Source: an uncultured SAR86 cluster bacterium (GTDB taxonomy: Bacteria > Pseudomonadota > Gammaproteobacteria > Magnimaribacterales > D2472). Taken from it: DNA of 64,000 nt. The DNA lies in NCBI GenBank assembly GCA_902541175.1, contig CACBPP010000003.1, positions 9,765 through 73,764 of the forward strand, written 5' to 3'. Below the pieces are notes generated by a model. That model was given only the letters and a program-made list of their open reading frames with translations. It did no database searches and was not told the origin of the DNA. Shown here one piece after another: positions 41,542 to 50,782 of this stretch. The translations under genes and the position numbers were made by a program. How positions within the stretch are numbered: position 1 is the stretch's first letter; every line of letters starts with the position of its first letter.

Positions 41542-43890
41542 ATGTCAGCTTTTAGTAGTTTTATAAAATCGCTTTTAACATTAATAACTTTTATTTTCAT
41601 ATTAATAGGTACAGTTTACCTTCTTGTAATAATCAAACCAGGAAGCGTTATTTTTGTAACTAATAAAATACTAAATGAAGATTACTCAATAGAATTTAAA
41701 GAAGCTAAATCTGATACAAATTTTTTATCACCCGTTATTGTATTAAGTGATGTTTCCATTAAAGAAACTAATGAGAACGAAATCTTTAAGGCTGACGAAA
41801 TTAAGATAGGTGTAAAAGTAATAAGATCTATTTTAGATGGACATATATACTTGAGTATGCTCTCTTTGATTAATATTGATTTTCCAAATGAATCCAATTC
41901 TCAAGGAGACAATGGAACGTACAAATTAAAAATTAACAATATTTACATATCATCTAAAGAATTCACCTTTTCCTCTAATGAAACTCAAATTTTAAGTAAA
42001 GAGGGCAATTTATCTGTATCAAATAAAGTTGGAAAGATAAATAATATTCCATTTAATGATCTAAAAATTTATAAAAAAAATTATTCCAACCAGTATTTAT
42101 ATTCTGCTCTTTTTGAATTGGATGAAAAAATTGTTGAGAATGAGGATCTGATAGATTTGAGTGAATTCTCAGATAAAAGAATTAATCTTAAGGTTTACAG
42201 TAAAGGTCACCTTGACTCTAAGAAAAATAAGATTTCAGTTCTTAACAATTATATTTTCAAAGATTCATATATTGTTACAGGAACAAAATACGAAGTTAAG
42301 AAAATTGATGCAGTTTTATATACAAATACTAATCAAGAGTTAAGTGGAATATTTTCTGCAAAAATTCCAGATCAAATGATAAATGGATCCATCTCAGTTT
42401 TTAAAAACAAATTAACACTGAGGTCCGATGTATCTATAAAGATGGATGATTTTGTTAATTTTGGAGACTATTTAAACCTTAGTGGCACTGAAATATTTAA
42501 AGCAGTATTATCTATTGATAAGAATGCATCTCTTGAATTAAGTAGTAATTTAAGTAATACCACTTTTTCATCGAATATTGATGAATTAAATAAAAGGCCA
42601 TCTGATATTTTAAAAACAAAGATTTTAATATCTGATTTATCACAACCAACATATGAAATTGAGAATAATAAGTTTAGTGCCTTTATAAATGATAGTAATG
42701 GATATTTTTCTCTAGGATCATCATTTAATGAAGATATCAAAGAATTAAACTTAATTGATGGGTTTCATATATTTCTTGAATTAGATGATCTTAAGATTGG
42801 AAATTTAGTAATTGAAAATCAATTAGATGATGATTCAAATCTTAAATTGATTAAAATCAAAATTAAACGGTTAGATTTTTTTAATAATTTTTATTTTGAT
42901 CAAATTTTTGAAGTTAATTTTATTAACAATGAAACCAATGCATCTTTTTATGGCAAAAATCTTAATGGTACATTTAGAATTGATTCTTCTGGATTTACAA
43001 GAATTGATGTTTTTGATACTAAATTTGAATTTAAAGGAGTAAATATTTTAAACTCAGGTGACTCTTTCAAACTGAATGATATGAATCTTAGATTTGTTGG
43101 CAAAAATATTCAGACATTTGATGACGTATTTCAAAATATTGATTTTTATCTCTTGAGAAATAAAACAGTAACAACTATTGATGATATTAAAATTTCAAGT
43201 CAGAACTTAAATATTGGCCCAACTTCTACAAACGAAAAAGCATACATAAGCTATAACAATAAAAGTGATTTGTATAAAATTAGAGGCTCATATGAGCTTG
43301 ATAACCAAAAAAGTTTACTTGGAAACTTGATTAATTATGATTTTGAATACCTTTTTTCAGATTTAAATGTTCAATGGATAAGTGCTTCTCAATTAAAAAA
43401 TTTAGAAGGAAGAATAAGATTCAAAATAAAAGATCTTGAATCCAATACATCACTACCAGATTCAGCATTATTAAGCGCCCTAAAGATATTTAATTTAAAT
43501 GCATTAGTATCAAATTTAAGCGATGAGACAAGCCTTTACTCTTCAAAATTAATTATTAGTAGGGCAGAGGGAGACTTTTATATTGGACAGAATAGAGCCT
43601 TGTTAGCAAAGCCAATTAAATTAGAAACAGCAGAAGCAAAAATGTCTTGGACAGGAGAGATCTTAAAAAATAATAAAGGCCTTATGGATCAGCTAGATTT
43701 AAGCTTAGATATGAGATTGAAAGTATCAGAAAATATTCCCTGGTATGCTGCGATCTTTGGAGGTATTCCTGCTCTTGCTGGAGGTTTTGTTTTAGAAAAT
43801 ATTATTGATGAGAGAGTTGATGATGCTTCAACTTTTAAATTTAATATCACAGGATCGATAGATGATCCAAAAATTATTAGACTAAATTAA
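41542..43890 (+). CDS. AsmA-like/YhdP-like large envelope protein (short form)
   Basis: 782 aa with one N-terminal TM anchor followed by a long Asn/Lys/Ile-rich soluble region. It sits downstream of mreBCD, where yhdP lies in E. coli (there after maf and rng). Homology was not verifiable by eye. Confidence 0.55.
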   Translation: MSAFSSFIKSLLTLITFIFILIGTVYLLVIIKPGSVIFVTNKILNEDYSIEFKEAKSDTNFLSPVIVLSDVSIKETNENEIFKADEIKIGVKVIRSILDGHIYLSMLSLINIDFPNESNSQGDNGTYKLKINNIYISSKEFTFSSNETQILSKEGNLSVSNKVGKINNIPFNDLKIYKKNYSNQYLYSALFELDEKIVENEDLIDLSEFSDKRINLKVYSKGHLDSKKNKISVLNNYIFKDSYIVTGTKYEVKKIDAVLYTNTNQELSGIFSAKIPDQMINGSISVFKNKLTLRSDVSIKMDDFVNFGDYLNLSGTEIFKAVLSIDKNASLELSSNLSNTTFSSNIDELNKRPSDILKTKILISDLSQPTYEIENNKFSAFINDSNGYFSLGSSFNEDIKELNLIDGFHIFLELDDLKIGNLVIENQLDDDSNLKLIKIKIKRLDFFNNFYFDQIFEVNFINNETNASFYGKNLNGTFRIDSSGFTRIDVFDTKFEFKGVNILNSGDSFKLNDMNLRFVGKNIQTFDDVFQNIDFYLLRNKTVTTIDDIKISSQNLNIGPTSTNEKAYISYNNKSDLYKIRGSYELDNQKSLLGNLINYDFEYLFSDLNVQWISASQLKNLEGRIRFKIKDLESNTSLPDSALLSALKIFNLNALVSNLSDETSLYSSKLIISRAEGDFYIGQNRALLAKPIKLETAEAKMSWTGEILKNNKGLMDQLDLSLDMRLKVSENIPWYAAIFGGIPALAGGFVLENIIDERVDDASTFKFNITGSIDDPKIIRLN

Positions 43891-45222
43891 ATAAATAGTT
43901 GCCAAACCTAAGAATGATAGAAATCCAACAACGTCAGTTACCGTAGTAACTACTACGCTTCCACCAATTGCAGGATCTTGATTAAATTTTCGTAAAATAA
44001 GAGGGACTAAAATTCCAGCAATTACTGAACTAATTAGGTTAATTACCAATGCGCAAGATATTAAAATAGCTATAGTAATATCTTTAAACCAACTAAAGGT
44101 AACAAATCCTACCAAGATTGATAAAACTATTCCGTTTAATATTGATACAGCCAACTCTCTTTTAAAAAGCCATCGAATATTCGATGTGTTTATTTGCTCC
44201 AAAGTTAAACCTCTTAACACAATTGTAAGTGTTTGAGTTGCTGCAACACCTCCCATGCTTGCAACTATAGGCATAAGTACTGCAAGATAAACAATTTTAT
44301 CAATAACGTCTTGAAACAAATTTATTGTGCTTGCAGCAATGAAAGCAGTAGCAAGATTCATGCTTAACCAAAATACTCTACTTTTTGCTGCTCTCCCTGG
44401 AGGAGCAAATGTATCTTCAGCAACACCTGCCATACCTAATAGATTTTGATCGGCATCCTCTCTTATTACATCAACAACATCATCAATCGTAATTCTCCCA
44501 ATTAATTTACCATCCTTGTCTACGACTGATGAAGAAATCAAATTATTCCTTTCAAATATAGTTGCAACTTCTTTATCATCAAGACCTGCATCAATTGGAA
44601 GAAATTCCGTTTCCATTATTTCTCTTACAAGCATTGTAGGCTTAGATGTTAGTATTCTGCTGATTAAAAGTTCGCCTAAATATTCATTTTCATTATTGAC
44701 TACAAATATCTTGTCAGTGTTTTCAGGAAGTTCTTCCTGATCTCTTAAATAACTTATTACTTCGTTGATTGAGTTGTTTGGTCTGACACTTATTACATCG
44801 GTATTAAGCAAACCCCCAGCAGTGTTATCTGGAAATGTGAGACCAATTTCGATTCTTTTTCTATCAACCAAAGACATATTCGATAAAATCTTATTCATTC
44901 TTTCTTCTGGTAAATTTTGTAAGATATCTACAATTTCATCCAACTCAAGCTCTTTAACCGCTTCTATTAATTCTTCATTAGAAATGTTTGAAACCAAATC
45001 TTGTTGAATTTCTTCACCTAATTCAGAGATAACATCGCCTTCTTCTTCAGTTTTCAATAAAGAAAATAAAAGGTTTCTTTGTTTTGGAGGTGATGATTCA
45101 AGAGCATGAGCAATTTCAGGCGCAGTCATTTTGGTTAAAAGGCTTCTAATTTGATTTAAAGAAAGATTAGACGCATCATCTAATATTATTTTTAGATTAT
45201 CATTAGTATTATTCTCACTCAT
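43882..45222 (-). CDS. mgtE: magnesium transporter MgtE
   Basis: 446 aa with an N-terminal MgtE_N region, a CBS pair and a C-terminal 5-TM domain (VVTTVTDVVGF). Confidence 0.9.
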   Translation of the reverse strand: MSENNTNDNLKIILDDASNLSLNQIRSLLTKMTAPEIAHALESSPPKQRNLLFSLLKTEEEGDVISELGEEIQQDLVSNISNEELIEAVKELELDEIVDILQNLPEERMNKILSNMSLVDRKRIEIGLTFPDNTAGGLLNTDVISVRPNNSINEVISYLRDQEELPENTDKIFVVNNENEYLGELLISRILTSKPTMLVREIMETEFLPIDAGLDDKEVATIFERNNLISSSVVDKDGKLIGRITIDDVVDVIREDADQNLLGMAGVAEDTFAPPGRAAKSRVFWLSMNLATAFIAASTINLFQDVIDKIVYLAVLMPIVASMGGVAATQTLTIVLRGLTLEQINTSNIRWLFKRELAVSILNGIVLSILVGFVTFSWFKDITIAILISCALVINLISSVIAGILVPLILRKFNQDPAIGGSVVVTTVTDVVGFLSFLGLATIYLI

Positions 45223-45246
45223 CCATTAATTCTAACCTGAAAAGAA

Positions 45247-46518
45247 TTATCTATATCTAGATGATGGAATATTATTTTTTTTTCTATATTTTGAAATTGT
45301 TCTTCTAGCCAAACTAAACCCTCTCTTATTAAGTTCAATTGCAATTTTTTTATCACTTTTTGGCTTATTTTCAGAATTAACTATATCTTTAATTAACTTC
45401 ATAAGTTGAGTTGCAGAAATGTCCCTAGTTTTAGAAACTGAAGATACTAATAAAGATTTTAGTGGCATAACTCCCTTAGGAGTATCAATGTACTTGTTCC
45501 TTAAAATTCTTGAAACTGTTGAAGGATGAACTCCAATTTCATCTGCAATTTCTTTGTTACTAAGAGCATTTAGCTTTAGTGGGTTATCTTCAAAAAATGC
45601 TATTTGTTTTGTGCAAATATATTCTCCAACATTTTTTACTGTTTCGTTTCTTTTTTTTACAGATGTTAAAAGCCACTTTGCGTCATTAATTTTTTGCAAT
45701 ATTTCTTCATTTTTCTTTTTCTTTAATTCTTTTTTCACATTGCTGATTAAGTCGTCATCTAACTTTAACAGAGGAAAATTATTATCATTAAATGCAACCT
45801 CGAAATTTTTATCTACAAAGGAGACCTTTAAGTCTGCCTCAATAAAATCAGTTTTTTCAAAGTTTAATCCAGGACTCAAATCACAATTCTTTATCTCATT
45901 TAAAGCTGACTTAAATTCTTTATCCGAGTAACCATTTTTTAGAGCTATCTCTCTAATTTCAGTGAGGCTATCAAGCTTATCATTTAAAAGAATATCTTCA
46001 ATTAAGGCTCTTTTAGCTTTAGAAATATTATTTTTATTATCAATTTGGATTTTTATACATTCTTTATAATTTCTATATCCAATCCCACTTGGACTTAATC
46101 TGTGAATTATATTTAAAAGAATATTTTCGATTTCCTCTTCTGAATATTTAAAATTAGATATTTCCTCAATCCCATCTATGCTCTCAGTTAGTTCACCAGC
46201 TTCATCAATGCAACCAATAATTAATTTAGAAATTTTGATTCCTTTTTCATTTAGATGAAAATCATCCAATTGAGCAATCAAAGATTCTCTTAAACTAACC
46301 TTTGACTCTATATCAAAGTTGAAATCAGAATGATTAAAATCTTCATAGTCATTATTAATATCATTTTTTTCTAAAAATGGATTTTCTATTATCTCTTTAT
46401 CAATTTTTTTAATTAATTCAAATCTTGAAAGTTGCAGCAAATCAATAGATTTTTTTAAGGACGGTGTAAGTTTTACATTTTGTTTTTGTTTTAAGTTTTT
46501 TGAAAGAATAATACTCAT
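45247..46518 (-). CDS. rpoN: RNA polymerase sigma-54 factor
   Basis: 423 aa. Region I LTPSLKKSIDLLQLSRFEL, an HTH, and the C-terminal RpoN box ARRTISKYR. Start abuts the lptB stop. Confidence 0.9.
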   Translation of the reverse strand: MSIILSKNLKQKQNVKLTPSLKKSIDLLQLSRFELIKKIDKEIIENPFLEKNDINNDYEDFNHSDFNFDIESKVSLRESLIAQLDDFHLNEKGIKISKLIIGCIDEAGELTESIDGIEEISNFKYSEEEIENILLNIIHRLSPSGIGYRNYKECIKIQIDNKNNISKAKRALIEDILLNDKLDSLTEIREIALKNGYSDKEFKSALNEIKNCDLSPGLNFEKTDFIEADLKVSFVDKNFEVAFNDNNFPLLKLDDDLISNVKKELKKKKNEEILQKINDAKWLLTSVKKRNETVKNVGEYICTKQIAFFEDNPLKLNALSNKEIADEIGVHPSTVSRILRNKYIDTPKGVMPLKSLLVSSVSKTRDISATQLMKLIKDIVNSENKPKSDKKIAIELNKRGFSLARRTISKYRKKNNIPSSRYR

Positions 46519-47232
46519 TTATGAATACATATCTCCAAGGTAGACTTCTTTAACTAAATCATTGTTAATCAGACTTTTTTTATCACCTTCTGCAATTAGT
46601 TCACCATTATTGATAATTGCAGCTTTATTACATATTTCTAAAGTTTCTCTAACATTATGATCTGTAATTAAAATTCCGATATTTTTTTTTGATAATTTTG
46701 TAAGGACATTTTTAATATCTTCTATTGCAATTGGATCAATGCCTGCAAACGGTTCATCCAACAAGATAATTTTAGGTTTAGATGCGAGAGTTCTTGCAAT
46801 TTCGACCTTTCTTCTTTGACCACCTGACAACTGTCTACCTTTTAAATTTAAAATATCTGAGAGATCAAATTCCTCAATTGAGGCATCTATAAATTTTTTA
46901 ATGTCTCCCTTATTTTTAAAAGAAAGTTCGGCAAGCCCATAAAGGTTATCTTTTACAGTAAGGTTAAGAAATATAGAGGGTTCTTGAGGTAAATACTTTA
47001 AACCAAGATTGGATCTAAGATGCATTGGCATAGTTGTTATGTCTTTATTTTCAAGGATTACTTTTCCATTATCAGCATTTACTAGACCAGCAATTATGTA
47101 AAATGTTGAGGTTTTACCTGCACCATTGGGCCCCAACAATCCAAAAATTTCTCCATAATTTACATTAAGAGATAAATCTGAAATGATTATTTTTCCTTTA
47201 ATTGATTTGAATATATTAATTATTTCTAACAT
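46519..47232 (-). CDS. lptB: LPS export ABC transporter ATP-binding protein LptB
   Basis: 237 aa with Walker A GPNGAGKTS, signature LSGGQRRKVEIAR and Walker B ILLDEP. Confidence 0.92.
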   Translation of the reverse strand: MLEIINIFKSIKGKIIISDLSLNVNYGEIFGLLGPNGAGKTSTFYIIAGLVNADNGKVILENKDITTMPMHLRSNLGLKYLPQEPSIFLNLTVKDNLYGLAELSFKNKGDIKKFIDASIEEFDLSDILNLKGRQLSGGQRRKVEIARTLASKPKIILLDEPFAGIDPIAIEDIKNVLTKLSKKNIGILITDHNVRETLEICNKAAIINNGELIAEGDKKSLINNDLVKEVYLGDMYS

Positions 47233-47234
47233 TT

Positions 47235-47651
47235 TTAATTATCCGAAGTTATCTTGCCAGTTTTTGGATTAAAGATGATTAAATTTGAGTTGATAGAAAT
47301 TTTTTCGAATTTAATTGAAGCATTTCCAACTAGGTGGACTTTTTCATCACTAAAAAAAAGTATCTTTTCTGCCTCTCCATTAAAAAAATTATTTTCTTTG
47401 TGTGATTTGATTGTACTTGGATCACCTGAAATTGAAATTACTTCTTTTTTATCATCATAAATTGCTGAGCTAGCAGAAATTTCAACATAACTAGAGTTTA
47501 TATTTACATTGGAAAGAAAGCTTATATTTTTTGAATCATTTAAGAACTCAACTTTATCAGATTCAATTTTCACTTCACTAGCTAGACTTTTTGAATTTAG
47601 ATCAAGTATAAATAAAAAAAAAGGAATTATAATTAAGCATTTATTTTTCAA
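47235..47651 (-). CDS. lptA: LPS transport periplasmic protein LptA-like (OstA fold, short)
   Basis: 138 aa. N-terminal signal or anchor, then VKIESDKVEFLNDSKNISFLSNVNI, which parallels E. coli LptA IHIESDQQSLDMQGNVVTFTGNVIV. Directly upstream of lptB. Confidence 0.65.
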   Translation of the reverse strand: MKNKCLIIIPFFLFILDLNSKSLASEVKIESDKVEFLNDSKNISFLSNVNINSSYVEISASSAIYDDKKEVISISGDPSTIKSHKENNFFNGEAEKILFFSDEKVHLVGNASIKFEKISINSNLIIFNPKTGKITSDN

Positions 47652-48617
47652 TTAAAGTATCCTTGCTTCAATCAAGTTATGCATTGATAAAACTCCAATA
47701 TATTTATTTTTTTCAAGCACAACTAAAGTAAAAATTTTATTTTCTTCCATTATTTTTGCAGCATCTACAGCAAGCGCATTTGAATCAATCGTCTTAAAAG
47801 TTTTTGTCATAACATCCTTAATTTTTGTTGTTTGAATATCTATTTTTTTATTAATACATCTTCTTAAGTCACCGTCAGTAAAAATTCCAACTATTTTTGA
47901 TTTATCTGTAACCAAAGTTATGCCTAGATTTTTTTTCGTTATTTCAATTAATGCTTTGTCTAATAAAGTATTCAAATTGACTTTTGGAACTTTGTTACCT
48001 TTGTGCATAAGATCTTGAACTTGTGTAATAAGTTTTTTTCCTAATTTTCCTGCAGGATGTGACGATGCGAAATCTTTTTTTGTAAAGCCTTTTGCTTCAA
48101 GCAGAGCTACTGCCAAAGCATCTCCAAAAGCTAAAGCATTTGTGGTGGAAGATGTTGGCGCTAAATCAAGAGGGCAGGCCTCTTTTTTAGACTTTATTTG
48201 TATCTTAATATCAGCAAACTGCCCTATAGCTGATTTATTATTACTAGTTAATGAGACTATTTCTTTTGCATGTCTTTTTAATGAAGATAGTATATTTATA
48301 ATCTCATCAGTTTCGCCTGAATTGGAAATTAGCATAACAATATCTTTTTTATTTATTAACCCCATGTCACCATGGGCAGCTTCAGTTGGATGAATAAATA
48401 TTGATGGAGTACCGGTGCTGGATAAAGTTGCAGAAATTTTTTGCGCAACATGACCTGACTTACCAACTCCCATGATTACAAATTTTCCATCACAATTTAA
48501 AACCTTTTCGCAAAGTTCTACAAATGAACTATCCAATTGATTAGATATTGATTGAATTGATTCTGATTCAATTTTTAAGGTTCTTTTTGCAGAGGCTATA
48601 TAGTTATATTTTTTCAT
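47652..48617 (-). CDS. kdsD: arabinose-5-phosphate isomerase KdsD
   Basis: 321 aa with a SIS domain (GVGKSGHVAQKISATLSSTGTPS) and a C-terminal CBS pair. The stop abuts the lptA start with no gap. Confidence 0.9.
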   Translation of the reverse strand: MKKYNYIASAKRTLKIESESIQSISNQLDSSFVELCEKVLNCDGKFVIMGVGKSGHVAQKISATLSSTGTPSIFIHPTEAAHGDMGLINKKDIVMLISNSGETDEIINILSSLKRHAKEIVSLTSNNKSAIGQFADIKIQIKSKKEACPLDLAPTSSTTNALAFGDALAVALLEAKGFTKKDFASSHPAGKLGKKLITQVQDLMHKGNKVPKVNLNTLLDKALIEITKKNLGITLVTDKSKIVGIFTDGDLRRCINKKIDIQTTKIKDVMTKTFKTIDSNALAVDAAKIMEENKIFTLVVLEKNKYIGVLSMHNLIEARIL

Positions 48618-48662
48618 CTTAAACTTGAAAATTTATTTAATCCCTAATGTTATAATAGTCTA

Positions 48663-49304
48663 ATGTTGCATACACTCAAAAAATATTTATTTCTTTTTTT
48701 GCTCATTTTAAATATAAACAACATTTACACTGCAGAAAATCCATATATTTTTATAGATTCCAATGCACAGGATATGGTTAAAGTTCTTACATCAAACTCC
48801 AGTCTATTTGAATCTGACAGAGAAACTTATGAAAACAAAATTAAAGAAATTTTTGAACCTATGATTGATTTTAGAAGGGTTTCAGCTAGTGTTATGGGGA
48901 AAAAATATTATCTTATGGCAACGAAAGAGCAAAGAGGTGAGTTTATTGACATATTCAAAGACTCACTTTTAGATACCTACGCAGAAACACTTGCTCAATG
49001 GGGAGAATCAACTATCTCAACTGAATTTCCCAAAGACGACTTTTTATCAAAAAAATTTGAAAGTTTTGAAAGTAACGTCGAGGTTAAACAAATTTTAAAT
49101 ACAGGCACAAGCGAATATCCGATATCATATAAGCTTAGGAAAAGTGATAATGGATGGAAAATTGTAAATATTATTATTAATGGTGTAAATCTTGGCCTAA
49201 CTTTTCGAAATCAATTTCAAGCTCTTGCTATAACTCATAATGAAGACATTGAACTAACATTAAAAAATTGGGTTTCTGATGCAGGCGATGCAGGCATTTC
49301 ATAA
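48663..49304 (+). CDS. mlaC: phospholipid-binding periplasmic protein MlaC (Ttg2D family)
   Basis: 213 aa with a signal peptide and a Ttg2D-like pattern (FDFRRVSASVMGKKY...QR.EF...F). Upstream of ibaG-murA as in E. coli. Confidence 0.7.
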   Translation: MLHTLKKYLFLFLLILNINNIYTAENPYIFIDSNAQDMVKVLTSNSSLFESDRETYENKIKEIFEPMIDFRRVSASVMGKKYYLMATKEQRGEFIDIFKDSLLDTYAETLAQWGESTISTEFPKDDFLSKKFESFESNVEVKQILNTGTSEYPISYKLRKSDNGWKIVNIIINGVNLGLTFRNQFQALAITHNEDIELTLKNWVSDAGDAGIS

Positions 49305-49305
49305 T

Positions 49306-49521
49306 ATGGAAGATACAATAAAGAAAATTATTACTGCTAGTATTGAAGATGCAAAATGTAGCTTTGAAGGCGATTCATGTAATATGAAACTAGTTGTTAA
49401 ATCTAGCACATTTTCAGGTATGTCTCTTATAGATCAACATAAAACAGTAATGAGGCTTTTGGAAGATAAATTTCAATCAGGTGAATTACATGCTTTAAGT
49501 TTAGAGACAAAGACTTTCTAA
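49306..49521 (+). CDS. ibaG: BolA-family protein IbaG/YrbA
   Basis: Start moved from 49279 to the ATG at 49306 (71 aa). BolA-like pattern (GDSCNMKLVVKSSTFSGMSLIDQHKTV...LHALSL). Immediately upstream of murA. Confidence 0.7.
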   Translation: MEDTIKKIITASIEDAKCSFEGDSCNMKLVVKSSTFSGMSLIDQHKTVMRLLEDKFQSGELHALSLETKTF

Positions 49522-49522
49522 T

Positions 49523-50782
49523 ATGGAGAAGTTGTTAATCAAAGGAGGTAATCAACTCTCTGGAAAAATAACATGTTCTGGCGCAAAAAATGCAGCCTTA
49601 CCTATGATTGCATCAACGATTTTGTCTGATGAAAAAGTTACTTTAAAAAATCTTCCATATCTTCAAGACATAACCACAATGTTTGAGCTTTTAGGTTCAA
49701 TGGGCGCTGATATCTTATTAGATGAAGATATGAACTTCACAATACAATCAAATAATCTCAAAGATATTGAAGCTAGGTATGAATTAGTTAAAACAATGAG
49801 AGCTTCAATATTAGTTTTAGGTCCTTTGCTTGCTAAATATGGAAAAGCAAGAATAGCACTTCCTGGAGGCTGTGCTATTGGATCACGGCCTGTAAATTAT
49901 CATCTTGATTCTCTCAGGCAAATGGGAGCTGAGATAGTCTTAAAAAATGGTTATATTGAAGCATCAGCAAAAAATTTAAAAGGTGCAGATATTAGATTCG
50001 ATGGAGTTACTGTTACTGGAACTGAAAATTTAATGATGGCTGCAACACTTGCAGAGGGCAAAACAACTTTATTAAATGTTGCAAAGGAACCAGAGATTGC
50101 TGATTTGGCCGATATGTTAAATTCGATGGGAGCAAGAATTGATGGGGCAGGATCAGATATGATCACTATCCAAGGCGTTGAAAAACTAAGTGGAACTTCA
50201 TTTGAAATACCTGCCGACAGAATAGAAGCTGGAACTTATCTTGCAGCTGCAGCAGTAACAAAAGGAGACATAAAAATTGAAGGTATTAATCCAAATAGGC
50301 TTATGAAAGTTATTGATAAATTAAGTAATACTGGTGCAAAAGTTGACTATGATGAAGATTCTATCTCATTTATCATGAAGAATGATATTCCTAATCCAGT
50401 AGATATCACAACGGCACCTTTTCCTGAATTTCCTACAGATATGCAAGCTCAATTTTCTGTTATAAATGCAATTTCAAGCGGTACTGCTAATATTTATGAG
50501 ACTATCTTTGAAAATAGATTTATGCATATTCTTGAACTAAACAGAATGGGATGTGATATTTCGGTTAATGGTAATCATGCAATAATTAAAGGAGTAAAGT
50601 CATTATACGGTGCTGAAGTTATGGCAACAGACTTAAGAGCATCTGCAAGCTTAATACTTGCTGGGCTTTGTGCTAAAGGTGAGACAGTCGTAGATAGAAT
50701 TTATCATATAGATCGTGGATATGAGAGAATCGAGGAAAAATTGAATTATTTAGGTGCAAATATAGTAAGACTTCCTAGTTAG
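49523..50782 (+). CDS. murA: UDP-N-acetylglucosamine 1-carboxyvinyltransferase
   Basis: 419 aa with the active-site loop ALPGGCAIGSRPVNYH and the typical EPSP-synthase-like fold sequence. Confidence 0.95.
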   Translation: MEKLLIKGGNQLSGKITCSGAKNAALPMIASTILSDEKVTLKNLPYLQDITTMFELLGSMGADILLDEDMNFTIQSNNLKDIEARYELVKTMRASILVLGPLLAKYGKARIALPGGCAIGSRPVNYHLDSLRQMGAEIVLKNGYIEASAKNLKGADIRFDGVTVTGTENLMMAATLAEGKTTLLNVAKEPEIADLADMLNSMGARIDGAGSDMITIQGVEKLSGTSFEIPADRIEAGTYLAAAAVTKGDIKIEGINPNRLMKVIDKLSNTGAKVDYDEDSISFIMKNDIPNPVDITTAPFPEFPTDMQAQFSVINAISSGTANIYETIFENRFMHILELNRMGCDISVNGNHAIIKGVKSLYGAEVMATDLRASASLILAGLCAKGETVVDRIYHIDRGYERIEEKLNYLGANIVRLPS

